Assembly: GCA_002811645.1 (NCBI GenBank)
Contig: PDIP01000039.1
Coordinates: forward strand, 171,061-235,060
Source of the DNA: Corallochytrium limacisporum Hawaii
Lineage: Eukaryota; Protista; Pluriformea
Direction: 5' to 3'
Length of the DNA: 64,000 nt
The notes under the pieces are model-generated. The model worked only from the letters and a program-made list of their open reading frames with translations. It did not search any database and had not been told where the DNA came from. This document shows positions 40,899-52,800 of the stretch, piece after piece. How positions within the stretch are numbered: position 1 is the stretch's first letter; each line of letters begins with the position of its first letter. The position numbers were made by a program, and so were the translations under genes.

Positions 40899-41393
40899 TC
40901 AAACCATGTCTAGCGATCGACCCGCAGGGACCTTTGCCATCTCTATATCCGTCCGCTGCTGTTGGGGCCCCGAGTGCGGATACTGCTGTTGCTGTTCCGG
41001 CACCCAGTACACGGGCATCGGCATGGCTACTCTGTAGAGGTCGGATGTTGCAGAGTTTGTGTAGTAGTAGGCGCCTTCGAGCTTGGCCTCTTCCTCAGCG
41101 CGGGCGGCCTTGTTCCGCTGGTGACGGCGCACACAGCAAACAATGAGCGCCACGATGAGAGCTAGGGCAATGAGGCAAATGATCACTAATATAAGCACAG
41201 CCACGGCCATATCCACAGCCAGCCCAGCAAAAATCGGATTCAAAGGATCATCACTTTCATCTACAGTTTCATCGTCATCGCCGCTGTCATCACTGCTTGC
41301 CTTTACTGACCCAACGCTGGCGGCGATCCAAAGCAGGTGCAGCCCTGCGATCTGGACCGCTTTGTTCTTTGATTCTGTTGAAAAGTACTTCAT
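40899..41393 (-). CDS. Small type I single-pass membrane protein, unknown function
   Basis: Signal-like segment ending VKA, short acidic ectodomain, long hydrophobic helix, CC-VRRH stop-transfer, Tyr/Gln/Pro-rich tail. Confidence 0.75.
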   Translation of the reverse strand: MKYFSTESKNKAVQIAGLHLLWIAASVGSVKASSDDSGDDDETVDESDDPLNPIFAGLAVDMAVAVLILVIICLIALALIVALIVCCVRRHQRNKAARAEEEAKLEGAYYYTNSATSDLYRVAMPMPVYWVPEQQQQYPHSGPQQQRTDIEMAKVPAGRSLDMV

Positions 41394-42819
41394 CGTTTCT
41401 ATATCGGAACCGTGGTGATATATGGTGCCTGGTTTGAATTCGTTGACAACCAGAACGTTCTCCGGAGACTGTGTTGCCCTTTCTGCGTATCGGGGCAGGT
41501 GGGATCTGCTTAACTAGCCGGAAGGGGAGCTGCCATGATCATATGCGCTTTCACCAGCCAAAAACAGTGACGAACACAAGCAAGACAACCGTCAATATTT
41601 ACATCAGCGATCTGGTTCAGCTTTGTGTCATTTGATCTCCCTGCTGATACGCCTGAACAGCTCATCCTCAGGAAAACTTCTGCTGGTCTCGTCACTGCGA
41701 CACCTCTTTGCCCCTCGCCTCCTCCCGACCACCGACCCAACCAACTGCCCCATTTGTCAACCAATCTTTTTCTTCTCCCTTACTTTCACTATACAATCAT
41801 ACCCACAGCACACACACATATACACACACCACCCTTTTCCTAATTTTCCCTCCTTCTACCGTAACCTCTTCCATTTTTGCCTTTAGATTTGCCCCATTTG
41901 CCCCTTTTGAGTGCCGCAGTTCCGATGTATTTACCAACTAAACGCCGGCGTGCCCAAACCCCCCTACCCCTAACACCCCCCCCTTAAACTCAATTTGGCG
42001 AGTGCGCAGCTTTTTGGCGAAAAGGAAGAAAAGTGAATGTTCGCATCATTTTCCGTTCACACATACGAAACGGAAACCTAAGAGCACTTTGGAAAACGGC
42101 GGTCAAGGACCGGTTGCAATCGCAGTACATTCACTACTGAAATGAGGGTCAGATCTGTTGCAGGAGATCGGTTGTGCTAAAAGTTCTGAGCAACGGGTCC
42201 TTGCGCCTCAACCCCGGTTCGTAGTAGATTTCACGTCAGCAGACAGGCAAAGAAAAACTGAGCGAAGGCAAAGGGCCGGGACGGAGGAGAGGAGACGGGG
42301 GAGAAGCACCGGGGAATAGGGGGGGGGGGCGGCTAAGCGTAGTCAGTGATAGAGAGAGAGAGAGCGAGTGTGTGTGCGTGTGTGTGTGTGTGTTAAAGGA
42401 GCATGTCAAGCAAGTAGCCCCGTGCCATCCCGTTCGGTACACACACAGAGAGAGAGAGAGAACACCGTCACTGTCGCGCACCTTGGGGTCTCGATGCTGG
42501 TGGGTTAATACCGACGGATGGGTGCCGATCGATCCGCTCATCTTCATAACAACACCACCAAGAGAAACCAACTACCAACACAAGGAAACAGAGACTCGGA
42601 TAGTAGACCCAGTACCTGCATCGGCCCACAGAGACAAGCCCATCCCAAATACAAAAACCTTGGGGGCGGCGCGGCGCACACGGGATACCACGTCCACACA
42701 ACACCCTTACCAGTTCTCGAGTTCTGTCTCAGTGCTGTACAACCCCGCAGGGCAGGTTGTGAGAAACCGTTACGCCCGCTGTTCCCGCTCTGTCTCTCTC
42801 TGTCTCTGGCTGGCTCTCT

Positions 42820-42824
<5 letters not shown>

Positions 42825-42867
<43 letters not shown>
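42825..42867. repeat. (CT)n microsatellite
   Basis: Direct reading. Similar GA/CT/GT tracts at 50520-50600, 51217-51345, 60245-60300 and 60438-60469. Confidence 0.9.
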
Positions 42868-42870
<3 letters not shown>

Positions 42871-44070
42871 GTTTGTATTTTTTTTTGGGCTGGCCCTTTA
42901 CCGGACTGAGCAAGAATCAATGAAATTTGCTTGAATTTTGCAAGGCAACGCGACATTACACGAAACTCACGGTGTGAAAATGATCGAAAAAGGTGACCAC
43001 CACCGCACCGCACCCGCACCAGGAGAAGGTACTTTCAGTATGGGAACAGTTGCCTAATTTAATGGCCGCAAGGCCGTGTGACCTGCCACTCACCCCCCCT
43101 TCCCCCCTCCCCCCTCCCCCGGTTCTCGACCAGACCACGCCGGTCTCCAAAGTCTTCGGCAGTTCTGGGCAATCCTACGGATTCCCCAGGAAAAAAAGAA
43201 AAAAGAAGGGAGTGAGGGGGGGGGAGAGCCAAACCAAACACCAAAAAAAAAGTTCTTCTCTCGGTACATTGAGTACCAGGATCCCAAATTGGGAAAGCAC
43301 ACTTGCTCGTTTTGGACGGCAAAGACAGGGCCGGTACATTCAGTACGGCAGTTCGGCCACCAGGGCGCGCGCACACACACACTCGAAAGCACGCATATTC
43401 TTCAGATGCCCCTCACTAGTCTGTGTTTCTGGGGGAGGTGAAAAATGTGAAGGGGGGGGCGGGCAGGTGCCTGAATCACAAAACAACCACAATTGCACGC
43501 CCTTGCCAAATCGCGCATATAAAATATGCGGTGGTTGGGGGGGGGTGGGGGAGGGATGTAAACCGTGATTTAAGTACCATATCACTCCATTCCTTTTTTT
43601 TTCTTGCCAACTCTTGTATTTTTTTTTGTTGCCGTCTTCTTACTAATTTTTTTCTTTAGGAGATTTTGCCCTGCCAAAAAAATAAACCCTGGAAGTCATT
43701 CAAAAAGAAAGAAAATAGGGCACTCAACTCCCCCTCCCTTCCAAAGACCCAAAGAAAAAAAAAAAAGAAAGAAAGAAAAGGGAAGAGCGAAAGAAGGGGG
43801 GGACCAGAGGGCTCTGGTTACCGAACATAGCAAGTGAGGGTTGGTGGCTAACTTGGAAAAGGAACTGACGGTGCCTGCTACCCCCCCCCCCCACACCGGT
43901 GACATAAGAGAGTCCACTGCACCAAAATGTAAGAATTGCATGTGCATCTTCTATTGTGAAAGTGGGATACCACGTATATTATATAGTAATGGAGAATTGT
44001 GCTAGTTTGGATGATGTGAAGTTATTGCAACAGAGTGTGGAAGGAGGAAGAAAATGAATGACCCAACCAC

Positions 44071-47000
44071 TTATTCACGCATGTAGCTGTCTAGTCCAGG
44101 TTTTGCCTGGCCCTTCTTGTCGTGGACGTAGTCAGACTCCTGGCGGGACACTCGCTTCTTACGGGACCGATCCAGGATTGCCTGGGGATCCGGGGAAGAG
44201 GCCAGATTCTCGTCGGAGACGACACCAGTGGCCCGACCATCCTGGGAGTAGTTGTTGCCGAAATCACGAAGAGCCTTGGGCTGCATCTTGCGCAGCGAGG
44301 CGCCAGGCCGCTGCAAGGTGCCATCAGGGTCGTAGCCTTCGAGGTGATCCGTCTTGATGCCAGCATCGCGAGCGAACTCGGACCAGCGCATGAGCGGATA
44401 GTGTCCGACCTGGAAGGGTACATTGACTTGGTTGTTATCGACACCATCAGCGCCGCCCTCGGTACCCTGGAAGACAACACGGGTAGCACCCCAGCCGAAG
44501 TCGTCCATGTGCCACACTGAGTAGATGGGCAGGTAGACGTAGTAGTACGGAATGTTCAACAAGAACCAAATCATCATCTTGACCTGGTGTGGCCGTCCGA
44601 GAATCAAGCAGATAATAACCTGCAGCAAGATAAGAACCACGAAACCAACCAGTGCCACAATAGGCACATCCCCAGAGACAAAGGCCTCAACAATCAGGTA
44701 GATCAGAAAGGCAATACCAGCAGGCAGAAGGAAAGTGGACATCAGATCTAGCAGAATGACGAACTTCATGCCAATGGGGCCACAACCGCACAATTGAGTG
44801 TTCGAAAAGACCAGCTCCCACAGGTTGTGGATGGTGGAATTAATCCAGCGACGGCGCTGAGAGGTCAAGGTCGTGAAGTCTTCGGGTACCACGGTACGGC
44901 AGACAGCCTGAGGAACGTAGCGCATCTTGTAGCCAGCGTTGTAGTAGCGGGCCAGCAAGATAGTGGACAGGAAGCGATCCTCACCAAGCTTGAGCAAGTT
45001 CTTTTCGTGCAACGTCTCGACCTCACCGACAGCATATTGGCGGATAATGTCGCCACTGACCAGCAGTGGGGCCGGGAAACTCTCACCTTCCTCGGGCGTA
45101 CGCTCACGAATGCGGTAGACACTGAAGCAACCCGGCAGACATGTCACCGAACCGAAGCGGGACTCAAACATTTTGTTCATGTTGTGGGAGATGAAGTACT
45201 CAAATACCTGAGACTTGGTCACGAACGAATCGCCCTTTTCACGGGCCACCTTGGTTTCACCGCATGCACCGAGGAGCTTGGCCTCCTTATTGAAGGCGTG
45301 GATGAGAATGGGCAGGGAGTCAGGGTAGACATAGGTGTCTGCGTCGACGGCCATCAAGTACTCGTAGGCCCGTGAGTCAATGCTAAACCTCTTGGCAATC
45401 TGACGAGTGAGTTCCAGTTCCATGGGAGCCATCGGCTGTTCAGTGCACACGCGGTTCAGCCAGCGGTACAAAAGGACCTGAGAATCACGCTTACCACGGT
45501 TACCTGGCTTCACGGTCTCGCCACGGACACCGGACTTGATGATAACAACGGCAGGCACCTTGTGGCCTTCGACACAGTAGTAGCCAGACCAAATACGGGC
45601 AGTGTTGTACATTTTCTCCGGGACTTCGGCCACAGACTGGTAGCTGAAGGTGTGTTCGGGCAGTTCTTCGACACTGGGACCACCGAGGATATCAAGGACA
45701 ATGTCGGGTGTTAGACGGTCCTCATCGGCACCACGGATCATACCATCGCAGACGATGAACATGAGCTTCTGCTGGTCGGGGTACTCGGTAACGGCCAGGG
45801 ACTTCAGAGTTTTGTTCAACTCCTTGGGACCCTCAGTGTAGCAAGTAACCAACATGACAACGTAGCCCTCGTGGCGGAAGGTTTCAGAATGCAGTACCTT
45901 GGGAAGGCGCAGAGCAAACATCCACCTGATGAAAACGACGAGGAGAATCACACCGGCACCGATAATGAGCACAAACTGATTGGCGGTACACAGGAATTCG
46001 CCATCCAGCGGGTCCCCGGTACCACATAGGAAGAGGTCAAAGATAACCAGGAGGGTGATGAAGGCACCGGACAGGACCAACATGATGAAGGCAATCAGGA
46101 ACTTTTCACGCCAGGCAATGCGGGAGGCCTTGCTGCGCAGCGACTTCCACGGCTTGCTCAACACGGTGAACAGCGGACCCAAGGACACCAGGTAGGCCAG
46201 GCCGACCCAGATCACCCGAGCACGGGTCAAACCAGAGAGTTTACCATAGGGGCTCTTTTCCTTGGATTTCTTCACCGTGATGTTCTCACCACGGGCCATC
46301 TTGGCGCGGAGGGCAGCTTCAATCCGCTGGTGGGTGACAGGCAAAACATCGCGCTTACCACGGGTCCTGCGGGTGGCCTTAATGTCGTCACGGGCCTGGT
46401 AAATGTCCTCGAAATCGTCACGTTTGTCACGGGACGCACGGTCAGAGTCCTGGGCTGCCATCACCTCGAGCTCCCGCACAATATCATTCTGGTCGATACC
46501 ACCACCGCGCTGTTCCTTCTGCACGGCCGGAGTCCGGCGCAAAGCCTCCTGCTGAGCCTCCAGCTTCTCCTTGCGGATGCGATCGAAGTCGCGGTAACTG
46601 ACGACCCCGGAACCGACATCGCCCCGCAGCGTCTTCTTGCCGCCCGCTCCGAAACCGCTCTGGATGGTATAACCATCGGCCATAAACTGCGCGTTGTAAT
46701 CCGCACCACCGGGCAGGGGAGCGGCCAGACGCTCGCACTTTGCTGCAGTGGCGTGGCCAAGAGGTCCGAGGCCAAGCTTAGAAATCTTACGCGGTAGATT
46801 CTTGGAATACTTCAGCACATAGCAGTGCCAAATGAAGGGGCGGTCCCTCACCATGTTGCTCAGCACGCTGTTGAAGTCGCCGAGGATAGTTGCCTTGCGC
46901 TTGTCCATAAAGTTCACCGAGCGCACGTTCCTGTGGCTCTGCGTGCGACGAAGGGTGCGGCCAATGGTGCGGCCAAAATTGTTGTTGCTGTACGGTGTGC

Positions 47001-48867
47001 TGGAACTAGCCTTCTGCTGGGACAAGCGGTTCTCCAGGTCCAGGAAGGTAGCGGGAATACCAGAGCCCAAGATAATGGCCAGCATACCGTCGGCCATGAA
47101 ACAGGAGTTGCTAGCGGCGAATCCGGCTGCACTGTAGTTGGTTCCCTTGTCATCGTTCTGTTTGTAGCGAGCGAAATGGTTGACGGAGAAACGCAGCTTG
47201 TCCTTGTTCACGCCGGGGACATGGGGACTGTGGCTGGTGTTGCTCTCGACTAGGTCCAGGCAGTCAAAGTCAGTGGTGTACGCGTTCAGGAAGCCACTGC
47301 GCTGGTTGTGCTCGGTAGAGGCATTCAGAATGGTCACCACACCGTACTCGGGGTTGTCCAGGGCGTCCAGGTAGCGGGCGGCCCGCTTGGCGCTCTTCTT
47401 GGCCATGGCCACAGTAGCGTCATCGGCGCGCACGTTACGCAGGTACGAGGCAATTTGCGTACTAGTCCAGCAATTCATGCGCTCGTCAGCATAGTTCAGG
47501 CAGAAATCCTTGTAGCTGAGGACTTCGGTCTTGCTCGAAGAGCCGGCATTCAGGTTCCCACGCTCCATGATACCAATGAAGTTAGCAATGGTCAGGGAGA
47601 TGGCTTCGTCAGCGCGGCCGGTGCCGCTCAAAGCCTTACTGCACAGGAAGACCACACAGCGCCAAATCTCTGTGTAGAGGCTGGAGGCAACCAGTTCACG
47701 CTGCTGTTCCGCAGCCCACTGGTCCAGACCCACGCGGAGCTTCTCCCGACCTACGGTGGTCAGGCGCGTGGTCAGGGCACGCTTCATGGGACCGACCATG
47801 TCCTCACTACCACCCAGGCACTGCGCCATGCTGGCCAGGACTTCTGGGTCACGGATCTTGGCAAGGCCGTTGAAGTCGTCCTTGAACTCCAGGCGGTCCA
47901 TGGTCACCAGGAAAGCCAGCAGACGGAAAAGGGTGGCGGCTGCATCGATGCCCGCGGCACCGTCACCACTGTCCGAGAGTGTGTTTATGGCTTCAGTTAC
48001 CTTCTCCATCTGACGATTCAGCTCTGCTCCCGTGGCGGCCAAGGGCCCCGTGACCAAGTTAATGCTACCGCTGTCCAAACCAATGCTGCGACGCTGACGT
48101 TCAGTGCACGATGCGAGCGAGTAGGCGAAGATGTTGAACCAAGGTCGGTTCTTGTTGCTACTGCTGCTGGCGGAGGAGCGCCACGTACGCCCGACGTGAC
48201 CCCAAGGGCAAAGCAACGGGGACTCCAAGGAAATTCCAAAGAGATTGGCCCCTTGTTCTGACATTCGTGCAGTGGTGATCAATGCATACTGACGCTCAGC
48301 GCCAGTGTAACCGAAGGCTTCAAGAAGAACATTGGCCATTTGGAACCGTTTACTGAGCCGATCGTTGGTGGCAACCTTTTCACCAATAAGAGCGCCGAGC
48401 AGGGCGGATTCGATACCGTTCGCGGCAGGGTGGTGGTCACCGTGCAGGAATATAATATGGTGGCCCTCACGGCGATACACCTCAGGAAGAACGACCTCCT
48501 TGTTCCACTGGTAGAATTCCCGAACGGCCATGTTGTCCTGGTTGAGGACAGCGGTGTGGTCAGTGGTCTGGTCATCACGGAAGACCACCATGACGGCAGG
48601 GGTAGCTGCGAACGGACGAATAATCACAGAGCGCGGGGGCATACCTTGCTTGCTGGAATTGAGACCGGCCTCCTTCACCTCTTCGGCGAGGTGCGTAGCC
48701 AGAGTACCGTGTTCCAGTCCGTCCATGTTGAGGGCCTGGTGGTGGCCACCGTTGGCGCGGCCATTGCTGGTTAGCGGTTGGCTGGCGCTAGAGCTGTTGT
48801 TGTCTTCCTCAACGGAATCAATGGCCAGTGAGGTCCGAATTTGCGAAGGTGGCGGTGGCGGTGCCAT
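44071..48867 (-). CDS. CHS: Chitin synthase (GT2, division II type) with degenerate N-terminal myosin-motor-like domain
   Basis: TCYTEG, GNRGKRDSQ, VDADT, QVFEYFISH, CLPGCFSVYR, GEDRFL, QRRRW, WHMDDFGWG. Myosin relics ANVLLEAFG, WFNIF, FCLNYADERM, FSVNHFA. ATG 48867 preferred as start. Confidence 0.95.
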   Translation of the reverse strand: MAPPPPPSQIRTSLAIDSVEEDNNSSSASQPLTSNGRANGGHHQALNMDGLEHGTLATHLAEEVKEAGLNSSKQGMPPRSVIIRPFAATPAVMVVFRDDQTTDHTAVLNQDNMAVREFYQWNKEVVLPEVYRREGHHIIFLHGDHHPAANGIESALLGALIGEKVATNDRLSKRFQMANVLLEAFGYTGAERQYALITTARMSEQGANLFGISLESPLLCPWGHVGRTWRSSASSSSNKNRPWFNIFAYSLASCTERQRRSIGLDSGSINLVTGPLAATGAELNRQMEKVTEAINTLSDSGDGAAGIDAAATLFRLLAFLVTMDRLEFKDDFNGLAKIRDPEVLASMAQCLGGSEDMVGPMKRALTTRLTTVGREKLRVGLDQWAAEQQRELVASSLYTEIWRCVVFLCSKALSGTGRADEAISLTIANFIGIMERGNLNAGSSSKTEVLSYKDFCLNYADERMNCWTSTQIASYLRNVRADDATVAMAKKSAKRAARYLDALDNPEYGVVTILNASTEHNQRSGFLNAYTTDFDCLDLVESNTSHSPHVPGVNKDKLRFSVNHFARYKQNDDKGTNYSAAGFAASNSCFMADGMLAIILGSGIPATFLDLENRLSQQKASSSTPYSNNNFGRTIGRTLRRTQSHRNVRSVNFMDKRKATILGDFNSVLSNMVRDRPFIWHCYVLKYSKNLPRKISKLGLGPLGHATAAKCERLAAPLPGGADYNAQFMADGYTIQSGFGAGGKKTLRGDVGSGVVSYRDFDRIRKEKLEAQQEALRRTPAVQKEQRGGGIDQNDIVRELEVMAAQDSDRASRDKRDDFEDIYQARDDIKATRRTRGKRDVLPVTHQRIEAALRAKMARGENITVKKSKEKSPYGKLSGLTRARVIWVGLAYLVSLGPLFTVLSKPWKSLRSKASRIAWREKFLIAFIMLVLSGAFITLLVIFDLFLCGTGDPLDGEFLCTANQFVLIIGAGVILLVVFIRWMFALRLPKVLHSETFRHEGYVVMLVTCYTEGPKELNKTLKSLAVTEYPDQQKLMFIVCDGMIRGADEDRLTPDIVLDILGGPSVEELPEHTFSYQSVAEVPEKMYNTARIWSGYYCVEGHKVPAVVIIKSGVRGETVKPGNRGKRDSQVLLYRWLNRVCTEQPMAPMELELTRQIAKRFSIDSRAYEYLMAVDADTYVYPDSLPILIHAFNKEAKLLGACGETKVAREKGDSFVTKSQVFEYFISHNMNKMFESRFGSVTCLPGCFSVYRIRERTPEEGESFPAPLLVSGDIIRQYAVGEVETLHEKNLLKLGEDRFLSTILLARYYNAGYKMRYVPQAVCRTVVPEDFTTLTSQRRRWINSTIHNLWELVFSNTQLCGCGPIGMKFVILLDLMSTFLLPAGIAFLIYLIVEAFVSGDVPIVALVGFVVLILLQVIICLILGRPHQVKMMIWFLLNIPYYYVYLPIYSVWHMDDFGWGATRVVFQGTEGGADGVDNNQVNVPFQVGHYPLMRWSEFARDAGIKTDHLEGYDPDGTLQRPGASLRKMQPKALRDFGNNYSQDGRATGVVSDENLASSPDPQAILDRSRKKRVSRQESDYVHDKKGQAKPGLDSYMRE

Positions 48868-49665
48868 CTTTGTCTGTCTATATCTAGTTAGTCTGTAACT
48901 CCGTGGCTGTGCGTGCAATACCTAGACACAATAGTTAAGGAATACCCGGGTGTGTGTTACTCTCTGTATACACCTGTACTTCTTCGGGTATTTGCTTGCC
49001 TTACGTTCACTCTCTTCAATTTCACTGTTTCTCCTTTGACTACTTTAGAGGAGCATGTCGCATGTTCTAATAAATAGACGATTCCTATAGCCTCTATACC
49101 TATTCCCAGAGTCGTCTCCCTTTTATATCTCTCCCGATCCCTTGCACCGCAATGTAACCAGCTTCTGTGCACGCACACTCTGTTGCACGTTTGTGTAGCA
49201 ACATAATCCTTACTCGCTTGATGCGACCTTAACCGCTTTCGGATAGGTCCATCAAGAAATTGTGAAAAAATATGTCGCTCACTGCACCCAAAAAGAGAAT
49301 GGCCACAGACACGGACACAACCACAAGCGGCACCCACCGCAAACGCAACAACGCGGACGGACGGTGAGGACCCCTTCCCAGCATGTCACGCAGAAAAAAT
49401 TCCAGGAAGGCGGCGATCGCAAGCACTGGGCATGGGTACCAAATCCGCAGAGATTGTCATTATTTTATTATGGAGATGGCATGCGAAGCGCGAGTGTAAT
49501 TGAACGGAGAGCACTCTCCCCTCGGTTCGAGTGACCAGCCCCGTGAGTCTCCTCCTCCCCCCCCCCTCCCCCCTCTCCCCCTTTTCCTTGGCTCCGTTCC
49601 GTTTATTTTTTTTTCTCTTTGCCTGCTTTCTCCGTCTCCCTCACTCCCTACACTCCCCCCCCCCC

Positions 49666-49869
49666 NNNNNNNNNNNNNNNNNNNNNNNNNNNNNNNNNNN
49701 NNNNNNNNNNNNNNNNNNNNNNNNNNNNNNNNNNNNNNNNNNNNNNNNNNNNNNNNNNNNNNNNNNNNNNNNNNNNNNNNNNNNNNNNNNNNNNNNNNNN
49801 NNNNNNNNNNNNNNNNNNNNNNNNNNNNNNNNNNNNNNNNNNNNNNNNNNNNNNNNNNNNNNNNNNNNN
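49666..49869. other. Assembly gap (N run); further gaps at 55222-55269 and 60940-61693
   Basis: N characters; each gap adjoins a poly-C or poly-G run. Confidence 0.99.
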
Positions 49870-52800
49870 CCCCCTCCCCTCCCTCTCTCTCTTCCTTACA
49901 TTCCCCCCCTCGCCCTTTCTCCCTCTTGCCGATTTGCACTCACCGGGCAGCCTCCACCCCGGCAAAGTTACTTCTCTCTCTCTTTTTTGTTTTACTTTTC
50001 TCTCTCTCAACGTTCTTTTTCCGGATCCCCGCTTTGCTTGCCTTTGCTCTTCTTTTTTTTTGTTCATTGCGCTGTGAACGCCTTTACACACTGTCTCTCG
50101 CCTTTCTTTTTTTTCTCTCTTTCTCTCTATTTGTATTTTTCTCTTTTTTATCTCTCTTTTTTTTTGTATTCTGTCCTGCAACCCAAAGAACGCAGTACTC
50201 CCTGAGTCCCATCGTTGATGAGTCAGTGGTGCATACATTATCCATATAGAAAGGCAATTTGAATAAGGGACACATTCCTCGCTTTTTGACATTTTTGCTC
50301 GGCTTTTCGGGATTTTCCTTTCTCTTTCGTTTTGGGCGCGCGGACTCGGGCAGCGGGAAACAAAAAAAAAAAGAGTAAGAACCGGACCGCCAAAAAAAAA
50401 GTAAGAACGAACTGGGTAATTTCACTGCTACGGTGCGAAGAATGCGGTCTGCGTGGGGGGGGAGGGAAGTTAGGGGTAGGGAAACAAAGGGGGAAGAATG
50501 GAATGGGGTCTCTTGTATGTGTATGTGCGTGTGTGTGCGTGTGTGTGCGTGTGTGTGTGTCGTGTGTGTCGTGTGTCGTGTGGTGTGTGTCGTGTGTGTG
50601 AACTCATTCCATCGATAGCGAGGACCTATCCCATCGTATTCCCGGCTATCTGCTCTTTTAACCGCTGCAAATCAGTCTTTCCTTCCTCGACACAACCGCA
50701 TCATCAAGCGGGCCGGGGAAAGAATAGAATAGGGAAATCACGGGCCGATCAAAGGAAAAGGAAAAAAAATAGAAAGTAAAGAAAAAAAAACCAACCGCCC
50801 GCGAAACCACCACCACCACCACCACAATAAAAAAAGTAAAAAAAGAAAGAGGAAAGTGTAACCAAAGGGGAACGATATGCTGATCGGCCCGTCCATTCGT
50901 AGCATACAATACCTACCTTTATTTGAGACCTTATCCGCCAGGGGAGGAGTCAGTCACAGGAACACTCCGGGCACAGAAGCGATGAGACAGGGAAGACGGA
51001 CAAAGTCGCGCACACCGAGGAAAAGTCGGCCGGGCCGATGGGGGGGGGGGAGGAGGAGGAGGAGGAGAAAAAAATGTTAGGGGAAAGAGAGAGAATATGC
51101 TTGGGAGAGAGGACGGGGGCCAGTACAGTAGTGACTTCATTGGCCCAAAAAAAGGAAAATTACACAGGGAGGAGACCGAAAATGCAGGTGGGTGGTGGGA
51201 GGGAAGCCGGGAAGGGGAGAGAGAGAGAGAGAGAAGAAAGAGGAAAAGGTCGGAAGACGGGGTTTAAGAAGGGACGCGGGGGAGAGAGAGAGAGAGAGAG
51301 AGAGAGGGGAGACACACCCAACCTAGAGAGAGAGACACACACACACACGACACGGTGAGGGGACGCACACGGGGTGTCTCATTGTTGGATGGTGCAGTAG
51401 TGAACGTATGATAAATGTTTTCGAAGCAATAGAGATCTGGAAGAACCACCAATGTGTGAGAGATGGAATGAAAGAAAGTGAGAGAAAAAACAAAGCGTTT
51501 GATCCAATATTTGGAGAGGAGGAAAATAGGAGAACCCGGGAACACAGAGCGTGTGCATACAAAACATACGGAGAAATTGTGTCAACAAAGTACACCGAGT
51601 GCTTCTTGGTCCGATTGCGTGCTTCCGTTGCACCGTCCCATAAATTCTCATCATTTTTGATAGGCGGCCAATGTGAAGCTATATACCATTGTTAGATTCT
51701 TGGTGAGCGTGTATTCGATACTCGCTGGGGCGATGGAGATTCCTGGCAAACGTATGGGTGGTAGTTTTCTTTCAGCCGTACCCGATACCAACCAACATTC
51801 CAGCGTTCCATACTTCTTCCTATTTTTCTTGTCATACATTCAATATTCAGTACTGCACCTCCCAAGACCGTTCGATCGCCCATTCTTTTGGTGCGCTCAC
51901 TTTCTCGTCTCCCGCTCTCCCTCTTCCCGGATTCATCACCTATCAATTAGTCTCCGAGGCCTCTGCGTTCCTAAGAGAGCAGAGATAAAGGACGAGGACA
52001 ACACCCAAGAAAATACTGCAGTGAAATGCTATAGATATAGTGGATTGTGATGTGTAGTTACGCTCCAACTAGCACCTGCGCAGCAAACCAAACAGTTCGA
52101 CGTCGGAACGCTCTTTCCCTTTTTTATTATTTCCTTGGAGATAGGTCAGGGGACAAATGCTTCTTACCCGAGGAGCAACCACTCTGGGGCTGCCGCAACT
52201 GCGCATTCTCCCCCAATGTTCAGTACAAGTATTCGGCCCACTCCCGTTCTCCCCACCGAGAACAGGGGCAGAGAGAAGGGATCTCGTTCTCGCTGGCTTG
52301 TTTGTCGGAGTTTCTCCTTATGGACATTGGTGGGATGCTTCTGAAACTTACCACACAAGGGAATTCTATAATGAATGTATGATAATACGAGTCACGAAAT
52401 TTCCCTGTTTTGTAAGTAATATGGGATCAATGTTTCGCACTTTTGCAAAATTCACGTATGGTTGTCGTGTCCAGGTCTCAAGCTTGCCGTCGGTAGTCAT
52501 GGGTTGTGGTTGGTTTCTCGACGTATTTTCCATACATTCATTACTGAACTGAAAAATCAAACCAGGGAAGATAGTTCAGTGTCCGTTAGCTGCAAGCCCG
52601 ATACACATCTTTTGCGTCCCCGCCTGGCGTCACCCGTGTTTCGCTTTTTTGGTGAATTACTTTTGACGGCATTGGCCAACACTTTTGCTAAGAGTTTCGC
52701 CTTGCAGAGCAGGAGCGTTGTGGGGGACCCCAGGGCAAGAAACCCGACCGACAGGGCCGTCAGTGTTCAAGCGAACGTAAAATTTGTCGTCGCTCAGTGA

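Noticed and set aside
49460-50292. ORFs spanning N gaps (also 60642-61879) and 53263-54006
   Set aside because: Artefacts of Ns and low-complexity purine/pyrimidine tracts.
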